Source: a virus. Taken from it: a stretch of 64,000 bases of DNA. Shown here piece by piece: positions 16,231-24,269 of this stretch (within the stretch, counting starts at the first letter, position 1; each line of letters begins with the position of its first letter). The notes beneath the pieces are model-generated. The model had not been told where the DNA came from and did not search any database. It saw nothing but the letters and a program-made list of their open reading frames with translations. The translations under genes were made by a program, and so were the position numbers. The stretch covers positions 124,231 through 188,230 of the IMG/VR virus record IMGVR_UViG_3300044611_002466; one strand, written 5' to 3'.

Positions 16231-16653
16231 TCAGATTCGGGGGTTGGCATCAGCTTCTTCCCTCGCGCTGGCCCACGCGACCTCGTTCGGGGTGCCGGGC
16301 GCAGTCTCGTCCGCCGGAAGCTGGATGGGATGGCACTTTCGATCGACGAGGATGTCCTCGTTGAAGTAGTCCCCGGTACTGTCGGGGAGCTCGAGATTCC
16401 AGGACGCCTCGCACGAGCGGTCGCTACAGGACGCCCCTTCAGCGGAGCGGTTGTGTACGATGGTGCCGCTCTTGCAACGCGGACAGAGGGCTTCGTCCTC
16501 CGGAAGAACGGCGTACAGCGGCTCCATCCACACCTTGGGCACGCAGTCGCATGCGTGGGTGCGCTCACTGTTGTCGTAGAGCCACACCATGCCATCGACC
16601 TCGACGACGAAGAACTCGTAGGGCACCTCCCTGGGCGCATTGAGCCTGCCCAT
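16231..16653 (-). CDS. Zn-ribbon-containing hypothetical protein
   Basis: GGAGGAG RBS; CDC, CPRC and CSDRSC motifs. Confidence 0.75.
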   Translation of the reverse strand: MGRLNAPREVPYEFFVVEVDGMVWLYDNSERTHACDCVPKVWMEPLYAVLPEDEALCPRCKSGTIVHNRSAEGASCSDRSCEASWNLELPDSTGDYFNEDILVDRKCHPIQLPADETAPGTPNEVAWASAREEADANPRI

Positions 16654-16934
16654 CACTCCTCCTTCGCGGGAAGCACTTCCAGGAAGCGCGCCTTGGTCCT
16701 GTCCGTGCCGCCTCCGTAGCGGACCCGACCTCCGCACTTCACCACGACACAGCACACGGGGTCATTGTCCAGAACACCGACGCCTTCGTTCTCGTCGCCC
16801 TCCTCTACTTTGACCCACATGGACTCCCCAGAGACGGGACTGCCTTTGGGTACGGGGAAGCTGATGACCTTCACGTACGTCGTCTTCCCGGCGCTATCGA
16901 CGTACTTGTACGGGGGATTGCCTACTGGGATCAT
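16653..16934 (-). CDS. small protein, DUF2314-like
   Basis: GESMWVKV...GVGVLDNDP matches the ExMWV...GxLxNxP pattern. Confidence 0.6.
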   Translation of the reverse strand: MIPVGNPPYKYVDSAGKTTYVKVISFPVPKGSPVSGESMWVKVEEGDENEGVGVLDNDPVCCVVVKCGGRVRYGGGTDRTKARFLEVLPAKEE

Positions 16935-16945
16935 GGGGGGATTCC

Positions 16946-18313
16946 TCACAGTTTTGGGTTGACACACTCGTCGTGTGTCTTGTTGGTGCGGATGCCGAGC
17001 ACCCGCGGGTAGGTGAGGGCGTTGGTCTTCTCGTCCTCAGACTTGTAGGTGCGCGCCGTGTACTCCACCTGGAGCACCAGCGGATAGTCCGTCGGTCGAG
17101 AGTACTTTTCGCGGAAGGTGTCGTCGATGCCTCCACCGCACTCGCAGATGTAGACGAGCTCGCCCTGCGCGCTGTACTGGTAGAGGCTGACCGAGCCGAC
17201 CATGCCCCGGTTGTTCCCGGCACCCCACTTCCCGGCGTGTCCGAGGCCAAGGCTGTTGTCGGGGTCGAATCTCGCGACGAAGTCGTCCTCGTACGCAGGC
17301 TTCAGCTTTCCGCAGAAGCGGCCCGGTCGGTCGGTCTTGCCGCGGAAGTTGTAGGCCTTATCGCCGTAGACACCCTCGGCGTCGACGACGACCCAGCCCT
17401 CCCACCCTTTCATCTTGGACACAGCCTTGGCGAACTCTACGTCATCCTGGATGGCCTCCGCGGGGATGCCCACGAAGTCGAGCCGCAGCTGAGAGATCTC
17501 CCACGCCTCCACGGGGAGAAACCAGCTGCTGCAGTAACGGTCCTCCCAGGCCCCGAAGACGTCCCAGATGATCCCGTAGCGCTCCCCGACGGGCACCGTG
17601 CTCACCAAGTCGACCCCGCCCCAGAACGGTACATCCCAGACGTAGAGGAAAGGCGCAGGCATTCCGATCGCCTCGGGCGTGAGGCTCTTCATGAACGACG
17701 CGATGCTCCAGCGCGTGTCGTCCTTCTGGTCTCCAACGAGATCGCCCAGGAGGATCGAGCAGTTCGGAACATCCGTGCGGCGCTCGAGCTCCCGAACCAG
17801 CGACATCAGGCGGTCGCGCCACTCGAACCGCCCGACCTCGAGATGGTGACCGCGCAACATCGTCCGGGAGTAGACGTCGACGATCCCGTCGGGGCCCTTC
17901 ACGAAGACGAGGCACTCTCCGTCCCGCTTGCGTCCCAGCCAGGCAGTCCGGAGCTCGATCTTCTTCAGCAGCGCCGTGCTGAGGGAGTTGTCCGGCTTGT
18001 AGAAGCGGAGGTTGACCGGCAACGCGGCGTTCCAGTCGATGCAGGTGGCGCGCTCCGAGCCCTCTTCGGTGTAGCCCGCGCGCGTCTTCTTCAGGATCGC
18101 GCGCCCGGCTTCGTACAGCGCGTCCTCCTCGGGGGTGACCTCGTTGGAGCGGCCGCGGTTCTTCCCGACTCCGAGGTCAACGACAGTCTGCAGCTTCCCG
18201 CCCTCCTCGCCGTAGGAGGATCGGATCTCGGCCCCCACGACCTCGATGGTCCAGATGTGGGTCTTACCTGTTCGCGCTCTCTGGCGGAACTCTCGCTTCT
18301 TCACGTTGCACAC
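16946..18313 (-). CDS. lig: ATP-dependent DNA ligase with N-terminal WGR-like domain
   Basis: Motif I KRDGE, IIIa YVWDV, IV EGWVV, V KLKP; OB-fold tail LQVEY...YPRVLGIR; N-terminal WTIEV...YG...GKLQ. Confidence 0.9.
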   Translation of the reverse strand: MCNVKKREFRQRARTGKTHIWTIEVVGAEIRSSYGEEGGKLQTVVDLGVGKNRGRSNEVTPEEDALYEAGRAILKKTRAGYTEEGSERATCIDWNAALPVNLRFYKPDNSLSTALLKKIELRTAWLGRKRDGECLVFVKGPDGIVDVYSRTMLRGHHLEVGRFEWRDRLMSLVRELERRTDVPNCSILLGDLVGDQKDDTRWSIASFMKSLTPEAIGMPAPFLYVWDVPFWGGVDLVSTVPVGERYGIIWDVFGAWEDRYCSSWFLPVEAWEISQLRLDFVGIPAEAIQDDVEFAKAVSKMKGWEGWVVVDAEGVYGDKAYNFRGKTDRPGRFCGKLKPAYEDDFVARFDPDNSLGLGHAGKWGAGNNRGMVGSVSLYQYSAQGELVYICECGGGIDDTFREKYSRPTDYPLVLQVEYTARTYKSEDEKTNALTYPRVLGIRTNKTHDECVNPKL

Positions 18314-18340
18314 TCCGTACTCACAAGGATAGTTGATCGC

Positions 18341-18559
18341 ATGCCCATCACCGTCTCAGGCCCCGGCCCGTCCGACATCCCCGCCATGAAGGTCGCCGTC
18401 GAGCAGGAGCTCGTGGACTTCGAGGCATTCTTCATGCGCCCTGTTTCCGGCGGCGGCGCGGGGAACTTGGACCCGCTCCTTCCGTTGGAGAAGGCCCTGC
18501 TGCGGACCTACCTCCTTGCGCGGCTTTCAGGGAGATTTTCTCCCCCAGAGGGGAGCTGA
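18341..18559 (+). CDS. hypothetical protein, 72 aa
   Basis: Strong GC3 bias; divergent from the ligase. Confidence 0.65.
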   Translation: MPITVSGPGPSDIPAMKVAVEQELVDFEAFFMRPVSGGGAGNLDPLLPLEKALLRTYLLARLSGRFSPPEGS

Positions 18560-18866
18560 ACATCTGCTCCCGTAGACGCACCAGCTCTCCTGGCGCCCCG
18601 CGAACTGGGAGCGGAACTGTGCGTAGGACTCGCGCCTCGGAGTAGGTACCGATCCGCGTGGAGCTGACGACCCCCGTACGACGGCCTGCTGCGTCGACGC
18701 GCCAGACGGCGTGAGACGCGCTGTAGTGCTCCAGCTCCGGCACCCACGTCATGTAGACGCCGCTCACGGTAGCGTCTTCCACCTCGGCGAAGCTCAGCGC
18801 CCAGAAGTCCACCGGGCCTGCCCCGCACTCCGGACACTGGTGTACTCCTGTCGCAATCTGTACCAT
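18432..18866 (-). CDS. Zn-ribbon hypothetical protein (CPECG)
   Basis: Codon bias; own promoter motif at 18983; 3' end overlaps the plus-strand gene. Confidence 0.6.
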   Translation of the reverse strand: MVQIATGVHQCPECGAGPVDFWALSFAEVEDATVSGVYMTWVPELEHYSASHAVWRVDAAGRRTGVVSSTRIGTYSEARVLRTVPLPVRGAPGELVRLREQMFSSPLGEKISLKAAQGGRSAAGPSPTEGAGPSSPRRRRKQGA

Positions 18867-18982
18867 GTGGTGGGAAGACACAACAGGACAATGGATCGGC
18901 ACGTGTATTCCCCACTAAGAAGGAGGCCTCGCGAACTTCGTAGGTCCGCCAAAGAGGCCGATGATACCGCGGTCTCAGAGTC

Positions 18983-19010
18983 CTTATGCGGCATTTTCGA
19001 GCACAGTTAA
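18983..19010 (-). promoter_or_regulatory. putative promoter TTAA-N15-CCGCATAAG
   Basis: Intergenic; same spacing as 1077 and 2434. Confidence 0.55.
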
Positions 19011-19022
19011 AGGGCCGCCCCC

Positions 19023-19373
19023 TCAAGAGGAGGCAGCCGCCGTCTGGTTGTATATCTGTGCAAGGAGCGCATACGCCCCCGCGTTGTCCCCGCGTTCCAG
19101 CGCCTCGCTCACCATGTCTACCTGGGCGTCGGTGGCCAGGTAGACGCTGTCGCCGATGGTGACGGCGCGGAAGGGCGAGACGCCCTCCGCCCCAAACCGG
19201 GCGGTCACCACCGCTGCGACTCGTTCTGGACACCCCGGCGACTGCGCCACGTATCCCATTAGTTTGGCCATCTCCCTCATCTTCTTTCGCCGCTCGACGG
19301 CCCAGCCGGCGGCCACGAGGACCGACTGGACAGCTGCTGCGGCGGGAAGCGCCGCCAGGACAACGAACACCAT
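19023..19373 (-). CDS. small protein with N-terminal hydrophobic helix
   Basis: GGAGG RBS; MVFVVLAALPAAAAVQSVLVAAGW. Confidence 0.75.
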   Translation of the reverse strand: MVFVVLAALPAAAAVQSVLVAAGWAVERRKKMREMAKLMGYVAQSPGCPERVAAVVTARFGAEGVSPFRAVTIGDSVYLATDAQVDMVSEALERGDNAGAYALLAQIYNQTAAASS

Positions 19374-19389
19374 GCGCACCTCCAACCTA

Positions 19390-19398
19390 CTTATGACC
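19390..19398 (-). promoter_or_regulatory. putative -10 element GGTCATAAG
   Basis: 17 nt upstream of the ATG at 19373. Confidence 0.55.
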
Positions 19399-19423
19399 CG
19401 GAAGGGCGCCCTCTTGCGCGGGC

Positions 19424-19432
19424 TGCTATGCT
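19424..19432 (+). promoter_or_regulatory. extended -10 element TGCTATGCT, probably leaderless
   Basis: TGn-TAnnnT 6 nt before the ATG at 19439; no SD sequence. Confidence 0.5.
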
Positions 19433-19438
19433 ACCGGC

Positions 19439-22400
19439 ATGCTGGTGTACCCCGGTCAGATGCAGGGAGGTCCTGGAGGGCAGATGCCTGGCGCGGTGCC
19501 TGTGCCGGGTCCGTCGGTCTACCCCCCGCAGTTCACCTACGGCATCCCGCAGGGCTACGGAGGGGGTGCCGGAGCAGCGATGGCGTCGGGCATGGCCGCA
19601 GGCGTCGGAAGCCTTCCCTCGGCGCTGAGCACCGTCGGTATGGCAGCCGGTGTCGGCTCCTTCTTCGCGCCTTCCCCGATGATGCGGGGGTTGTCGTTTC
19701 TCGACCCCACGGCGGCGGGCTTCGAGGCCGCGTCGGCGCGCTTCGCGGCCTCGCGGGCGGCCGGGGCCGGGATGGGGTCAGCCCTCGGGTCTGGCATGAT
19801 GACGGGCCTTCCCGTGATGGCAGCCGGCATGGCTGCCTTCGAGGGCATGCGGTACACCGGCCAGCAGTTCATGACGGGGGCTCGTGAGCAGCAGATGCTG
19901 GGCGCTCAGCTGAGCGGCATCGGCTTCGCCAACGCCGGGTCCGCAAGCGGGCGTGGCTTCGGGTTTGGACAGCAGCGTCAGATCGGCCAGATGATGCGTG
20001 AGATCGACGCGGCCGACCCGTTCACCACGATGCGGGACCTGAGCAAGTCCATGGACCAGTTCACGGGTCTGGGGATGCACCGCGGCATCGAGGACGCGAA
20101 GGAGTTCGCCAAGAAGTTCTCCGAGTTCGCCAAGACGACGAAGGAGATGGCCAAGATCATGGGGAAGACCCAGGAGGAGGCCGGGGCCATCTTCGGGCAG
20201 ATGCGTACCGCCGGGTTCTACACGGCCAACGACGTGATGGGGAACACCCGCTCGATGAACGTCGCGCGGGGCATGGGCATGGAAGAGCAGATGTTCCACG
20301 CCATGCAGGGCCAGGGGGCCGGCACTGCACGGGCCCAGGGTATGCGCGGCAGGGCCGGGGCGGTCACGTCGTCCCGCTTCGCCTCCGACCTCATGCTTGG
20401 TGCCGCAAGTCGCTCCTCCGGGGGCGTTGGCGCCTTCTCCGACGCGGAGCTCATGGACATCACGGGCGCCGGGACGGGCGCCGACGCCGCGGCCCAGCTG
20501 GGCACCCAGATGTCCGCCATGATGGGCAACTTCCTGACGAACACGGCGGCGGGTCGAGGGTTCACCTCCGTGCTTGGGGAGAAGCGCGGCGGGCGTTACA
20601 CCGGGGGCGTGGACCAGGAGATGCTCGCCAAGATGGGTGGCGGAGGGGTCGCCTTCCACGACCTTGCCGGCCTGGGCGGTGCGAAGATGGGGGACGCCGC
20701 TGGGCGGGCATCCTTCGTTGCCGGGCAGAACAAGATCGCGTCCTCCATCATGGAGAGCGACGGCGGTATCGACGCCCTCCTGCGTGCCGTTGAGGGGGAG
20801 GCTGATCGCTGGGGCAGACAGAACGGTGTCCTCGAGGACGACCGGTTCTCGGTCTTCACGAAGAAGGTCCTGGGCGACGACGAGCGAGTGCTCGAGAAGC
20901 TCAAGGAGATGCAGAAGCACAAGCTGGAGCTGCGAACCGCCCAGCTTCGCAAGATGCGTGAGGAGAACGCGGCCGCGGCCTACGCTGTGGACATGCAGCA
21001 GAACTACACCGTCGGAGGTGTGGCCCGGCAAGCGGGGGAGGGCCTCTACAACCTCACCGGGATGCAGAGCGTCCGCCAAGCCGGCGCCGGCCTCGTCTCC
21101 TCCATGCAGGAGAGCGGGCAGAGCGCGTGGGACACCTTCACCGGGACGGAGCGCCTGAACATCTCGGACGCCAGCTCGAGGCAGAGCCTACTGCGCCTGG
21201 CGTCTGGGAGGGGCGGCGGAGCTGGCCTCGGTACGGCTGCATCGGCGAGCGACTTCAGGAGCGGCACCGCCGCGGCGCAGAGCAGGGGACTTGGCGACGC
21301 CGGAGTGGCGCGCGAACTCGGGATTCAGCAGGCGCTCGCCGGGACCGGCCGCTACGACCAGAGCAACGAGAACTGGGGGAACGGGGAAGGGGCCGCGCTC
21401 GATGCGTTCATGAGCACAGCCGCGGGGGCCACGGCGGCGCAGCACATCATGTCCGCGCGAGCCCTGCGGGCCGCGGGGGACACCGCGGGGGCAGAGGAGG
21501 CTCTCGGACGTGCGAGCGCGCTGATCGAGTCCGACCCGGCGCTGCGAGCTGGCTCCATCACGCGCCAGTCTTCCATGATTGACGGCCCGGACATCAGCCA
21601 AGCCAACACGGGACGCCGGGACAAGATCCTGGCGGCCGCGATGTCGCGTGCGGGGGACGGCACGGGGGCCGCACGTCTTCGCAGCAAAGGAGGGGTCAAG
21701 TCCCACGCATACGGCGACCTGAAGAGTGCGCGGGAGGCGGCCGAGGGAGCCTGGGGACCTGGGTCCGTGTTCGGCAGCGATCTGGAGCGCGCCAAGAAGG
21801 CTCTCGCCACCGGTGGCGTCGGGTCGGACTTGTTCATCGCGATGACTCAGGACACCGCCCTCCAGAAGAGCGGCAGTGCTCACCAAGGGCTGCGTGTGCT
21901 GGCCGACTCGATGAAGGAGGAGCTGCGCGACGTGGAGGAGGGCTCCGACCAGTACTACGACATCCTGGCGCGCGGGGCACACGACAGATTCGGCGGCACC
22001 TACTCCAGAGAGTCGGTGAAGGCGGTCGCCGGAGTAGAGGCCGAAGAGTCGAAGTTCTACGACAAGAAGTACTTCGCATCTGGCGGCTCACAGTCTGCCG
22101 CGGCCCGCAAGGAGCAGTCCGAGCTCTACGCGAAGGCCGGGCTGGCTGCCAAGGACTACCAGGACTACGCGATCAGCTCCACCTCCGCACGTGGGCTGTC
22201 CGGCGTGCTCGGCGGAGCGCCGGCGGAGATCAAACAGGCACTGGGCGCGGACTTCGACAAGGCGCTCGCCTCGATGGACCGCCTGAGTCGCGGAGGCGGG
22301 ACCGCGAACTCCCAGGCCGCGTTCGACGACCTATCGCAGTTGATCACGGCGGTCGGCGGAAAGGACCTCAGCGGGATGGCGGGAGGGAAGGAGCTCATGC

Positions 22401-22771
22401 TCCTCGCCCAGCGCAAGAAGTCCGGGCTCACGGCGGCCGCTACGGGTAGCCTCGAGGCCACAGCCACCGCGATGGGCGTGAGCGTTGAAGATCTGCAGGC
22501 GGTCACAGGCAACAAGGGCCCGCTCAGCAACGAAGACCTCGTCAAGGCGGTCAATCAGATGAGCGGAGTACAGGCAGCAGAGGCACTCGGGTCTTCCCAG
22601 GGCGGAGGGATCTTCCGCAGGGGCGAGACGGTCGAGGCGCAGATGCTGATGAACCTGGAGTCCCTCGCCAAGACCGTGAAGCAGGGGTCAGAGAACACGG
22701 CGATCCTCGCCTTCAACATCAAGGAAGGCAAGGGACTCAGCATCCCGCCTGGCTGGACGGCAACGCAATGA
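19439..22771 (+). CDS. tape measure protein-like, 1110 aa
   Basis: Long Ala/Gly/Met-rich helical protein with hydrophobic segments, directly upstream of hub/baseplate genes. Confidence 0.7.
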   Translation: MLVYPGQMQGGPGGQMPGAVPVPGPSVYPPQFTYGIPQGYGGGAGAAMASGMAAGVGSLPSALSTVGMAAGVGSFFAPSPMMRGLSFLDPTAAGFEAASARFAASRAAGAGMGSALGSGMMTGLPVMAAGMAAFEGMRYTGQQFMTGAREQQMLGAQLSGIGFANAGSASGRGFGFGQQRQIGQMMREIDAADPFTTMRDLSKSMDQFTGLGMHRGIEDAKEFAKKFSEFAKTTKEMAKIMGKTQEEAGAIFGQMRTAGFYTANDVMGNTRSMNVARGMGMEEQMFHAMQGQGAGTARAQGMRGRAGAVTSSRFASDLMLGAASRSSGGVGAFSDAELMDITGAGTGADAAAQLGTQMSAMMGNFLTNTAAGRGFTSVLGEKRGGRYTGGVDQEMLAKMGGGGVAFHDLAGLGGAKMGDAAGRASFVAGQNKIASSIMESDGGIDALLRAVEGEADRWGRQNGVLEDDRFSVFTKKVLGDDERVLEKLKEMQKHKLELRTAQLRKMREENAAAAYAVDMQQNYTVGGVARQAGEGLYNLTGMQSVRQAGAGLVSSMQESGQSAWDTFTGTERLNISDASSRQSLLRLASGRGGGAGLGTAASASDFRSGTAAAQSRGLGDAGVARELGIQQALAGTGRYDQSNENWGNGEGAALDAFMSTAAGATAAQHIMSARALRAAGDTAGAEEALGRASALIESDPALRAGSITRQSSMIDGPDISQANTGRRDKILAAAMSRAGDGTGAARLRSKGGVKSHAYGDLKSAREAAEGAWGPGSVFGSDLERAKKALATGGVGSDLFIAMTQDTALQKSGSAHQGLRVLADSMKEELRDVEEGSDQYYDILARGAHDRFGGTYSRESVKAVAGVEAEESKFYDKKYFASGGSQSAAARKEQSELYAKAGLAAKDYQDYAISSTSARGLSGVLGGAPAEIKQALGADFDKALASMDRLSRGGGTANSQAAFDDLSQLITAVGGKDLSGMAGGKELMLLAQRKKSGLTAAATGSLEATATAMGVSVEDLQAVTGNKGPLSNEDLVKAVNQMSGVQAAEALGSSQGGGIFRRGETVEAQMLMNLESLAKTVKQGSENTAILAFNIKEGKGLSIPPGWTATQ

Positions 22772-22980
22772 ACCGCCGAGAGGTCTCCTTCACCATCCAG
22801 ACTGAGGGCGGTCCCAAGACCGTCACGGTGCTCAGCGCGGTCTCGGTGGACGACGTGACGCGGGTCGCCCTCGGCAGCTACGTGCACGGCGTGCGGAACG
22901 GCGCCGAGTACGCCACCCCCTTCACGCGAGACATCCGGGACCTGCTGGTACGCACCCGTGTCGCGCAGCGGAGCTCCTGA
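22768..22980 (+). CDS. small hypothetical protein, 70 aa
   Basis: Start and stop overlaps on both sides. Confidence 0.75.
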   Translation: MNRREVSFTIQTEGGPKTVTVLSAVSVDDVTRVALGSYVHGVRNGAEYATPFTRDIRDLLVRTRVAQRSS

Positions 22981-24269
22981 TGGCCGACATCCAGGGGGCT
23001 GGGGCACCGGTGGCCGTGCTGATCGAGACCGACCTCTCCGTCGTGGCGGCCTCCAAGAGCCCCACGCTGAACGAGAGCACCACCGGCGCGGCCGGGCAGC
23101 AGCGGATGGTCCGGCGCCCTATGCGCGGGATTCAGCTCAAGTCGGAGACGTTCGCGACGCTGGCCCTGTCCTCGTCGGTCCTCAACTTGAAGAACTCGAG
23201 CGCCCCCTCCACCGGGGCCAGCTTCACGTCCAACTTCCTCCTTCAGTCCGTCTCAGAAGGCCGGCAGGAGAAGTTCCAGACCGTCCCCACCTTCGGCGCC
23301 ACGTACGGGTTCTTCTACGGAGAGCAGCCGCGTATCGTCTCCTGCCAGGCGATCCTCCTCAACACCGCGGACTTCCAGTGGGAGGCTGAGTGGTGGGAGA
23401 ACTACGACCAGTACTTGCGCGGGACACGTCTGGTGGATCGAGGGATGACCGTGACCCTGACGTATGAAGACGTGGTGCTCGAGGGGTACCTCGTGAGCGC
23501 CAGCGTCTCGAAGGGGGAGCCCAACCCCTGGGCCGTGAACCTCTCCTTCAACATGTGGGTGACGCGGGTCACGTACCTGATCTCGCCGGTGGGAGCCGGG
23601 AACATCGACCCGATTCACCTGCGTGCGACGCAGACCCAGTACGACGAGTTCGAGTCCAGCGAGGGGCTCGGCAGCGCGCCTTCCATGTTGGCGGAGGTCC
23701 GCGCCCGGAACATCGCGTCGCTCGCCTCAGGGGAGGCCACGGGGCTCCTCGGGGCCCTGGCTCGTGCAGCGCACGCGGTACAAGAGCTCTCCGATAGGGT
23801 GAGCACCGCTGTGGACAACGCGCTGGACTGGCTCTACGGCCGGAACATGGTCATCCCGGTGGGGTTCGCCACGTCGGACGACCAGCCCGGCGTCGCCATG
23901 ATGGCAGACGGGTCGGGAATGGTGCTGCTGCCCAACGGACTCACCGCGGGCACCGCGACCATCCGGGCTCCCATACGCGTCGCCCCGCTGGTTCAGGTGG
24001 TGGGCGACTTCAACTACTTCGACCACAACGTCGACGAGTACCCGGCTCGGTTCCAGGCAGGGGTGCAGTTGCTCGACATCTCCGTGATGGAATCAGCAGA
24101 TCCGGCCATTGCCTTCGCGGAGAAGATGTTCAAGAACTTCGGCATCGACGTCAGCAATGACGAGGGACAGCAGACGAGTGCCGTGATGCAGGCCCTCGGG
24201 CGCGTCACCTTCGCTGCGATCTCCTACACCGCCACAGTGATTACGTCGTCCGACACGGAAGGCACATGA
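22980..24269 (+). CDS. virion structural protein (tail tube initiator/baseplate-like)
   Basis: Position between the TMP and the hub; beta-rich N-terminal half. Confidence 0.55.
   Translation: MADIQGAGAPVAVLIETDLSVVAASKSPTLNESTTGAAGQQRMVRRPMRGIQLKSETFATLALSSSVLNLKNSSAPSTGASFTSNFLLQSVSEGRQEKFQTVPTFGATYGFFYGEQPRIVSCQAILLNTADFQWEAEWWENYDQYLRGTRLVDRGMTVTLTYEDVVLEGYLVSASVSKGEPNPWAVNLSFNMWVTRVTYLISPVGAGNIDPIHLRATQTQYDEFESSEGLGSAPSMLAEVRARNIASLASGEATGLLGALARAAHAVQELSDRVSTAVDNALDWLYGRNMVIPVGFATSDDQPGVAMMADGSGMVLLPNGLTAGTATIRAPIRVAPLVQVVGDFNYFDHNVDEYPARFQAGVQLLDISVMESADPAIAFAEKMFKNFGIDVSNDEGQQTSAVMQALGRVTFAAISYTATVITSSDTEGT

Noticed and set aside
17350-17365. GGCGATAAG inside the ligase gene as a sigma-28 promoter
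   Set aside because: Explained by codons for GDK; no matching -35 element at the expected spacing
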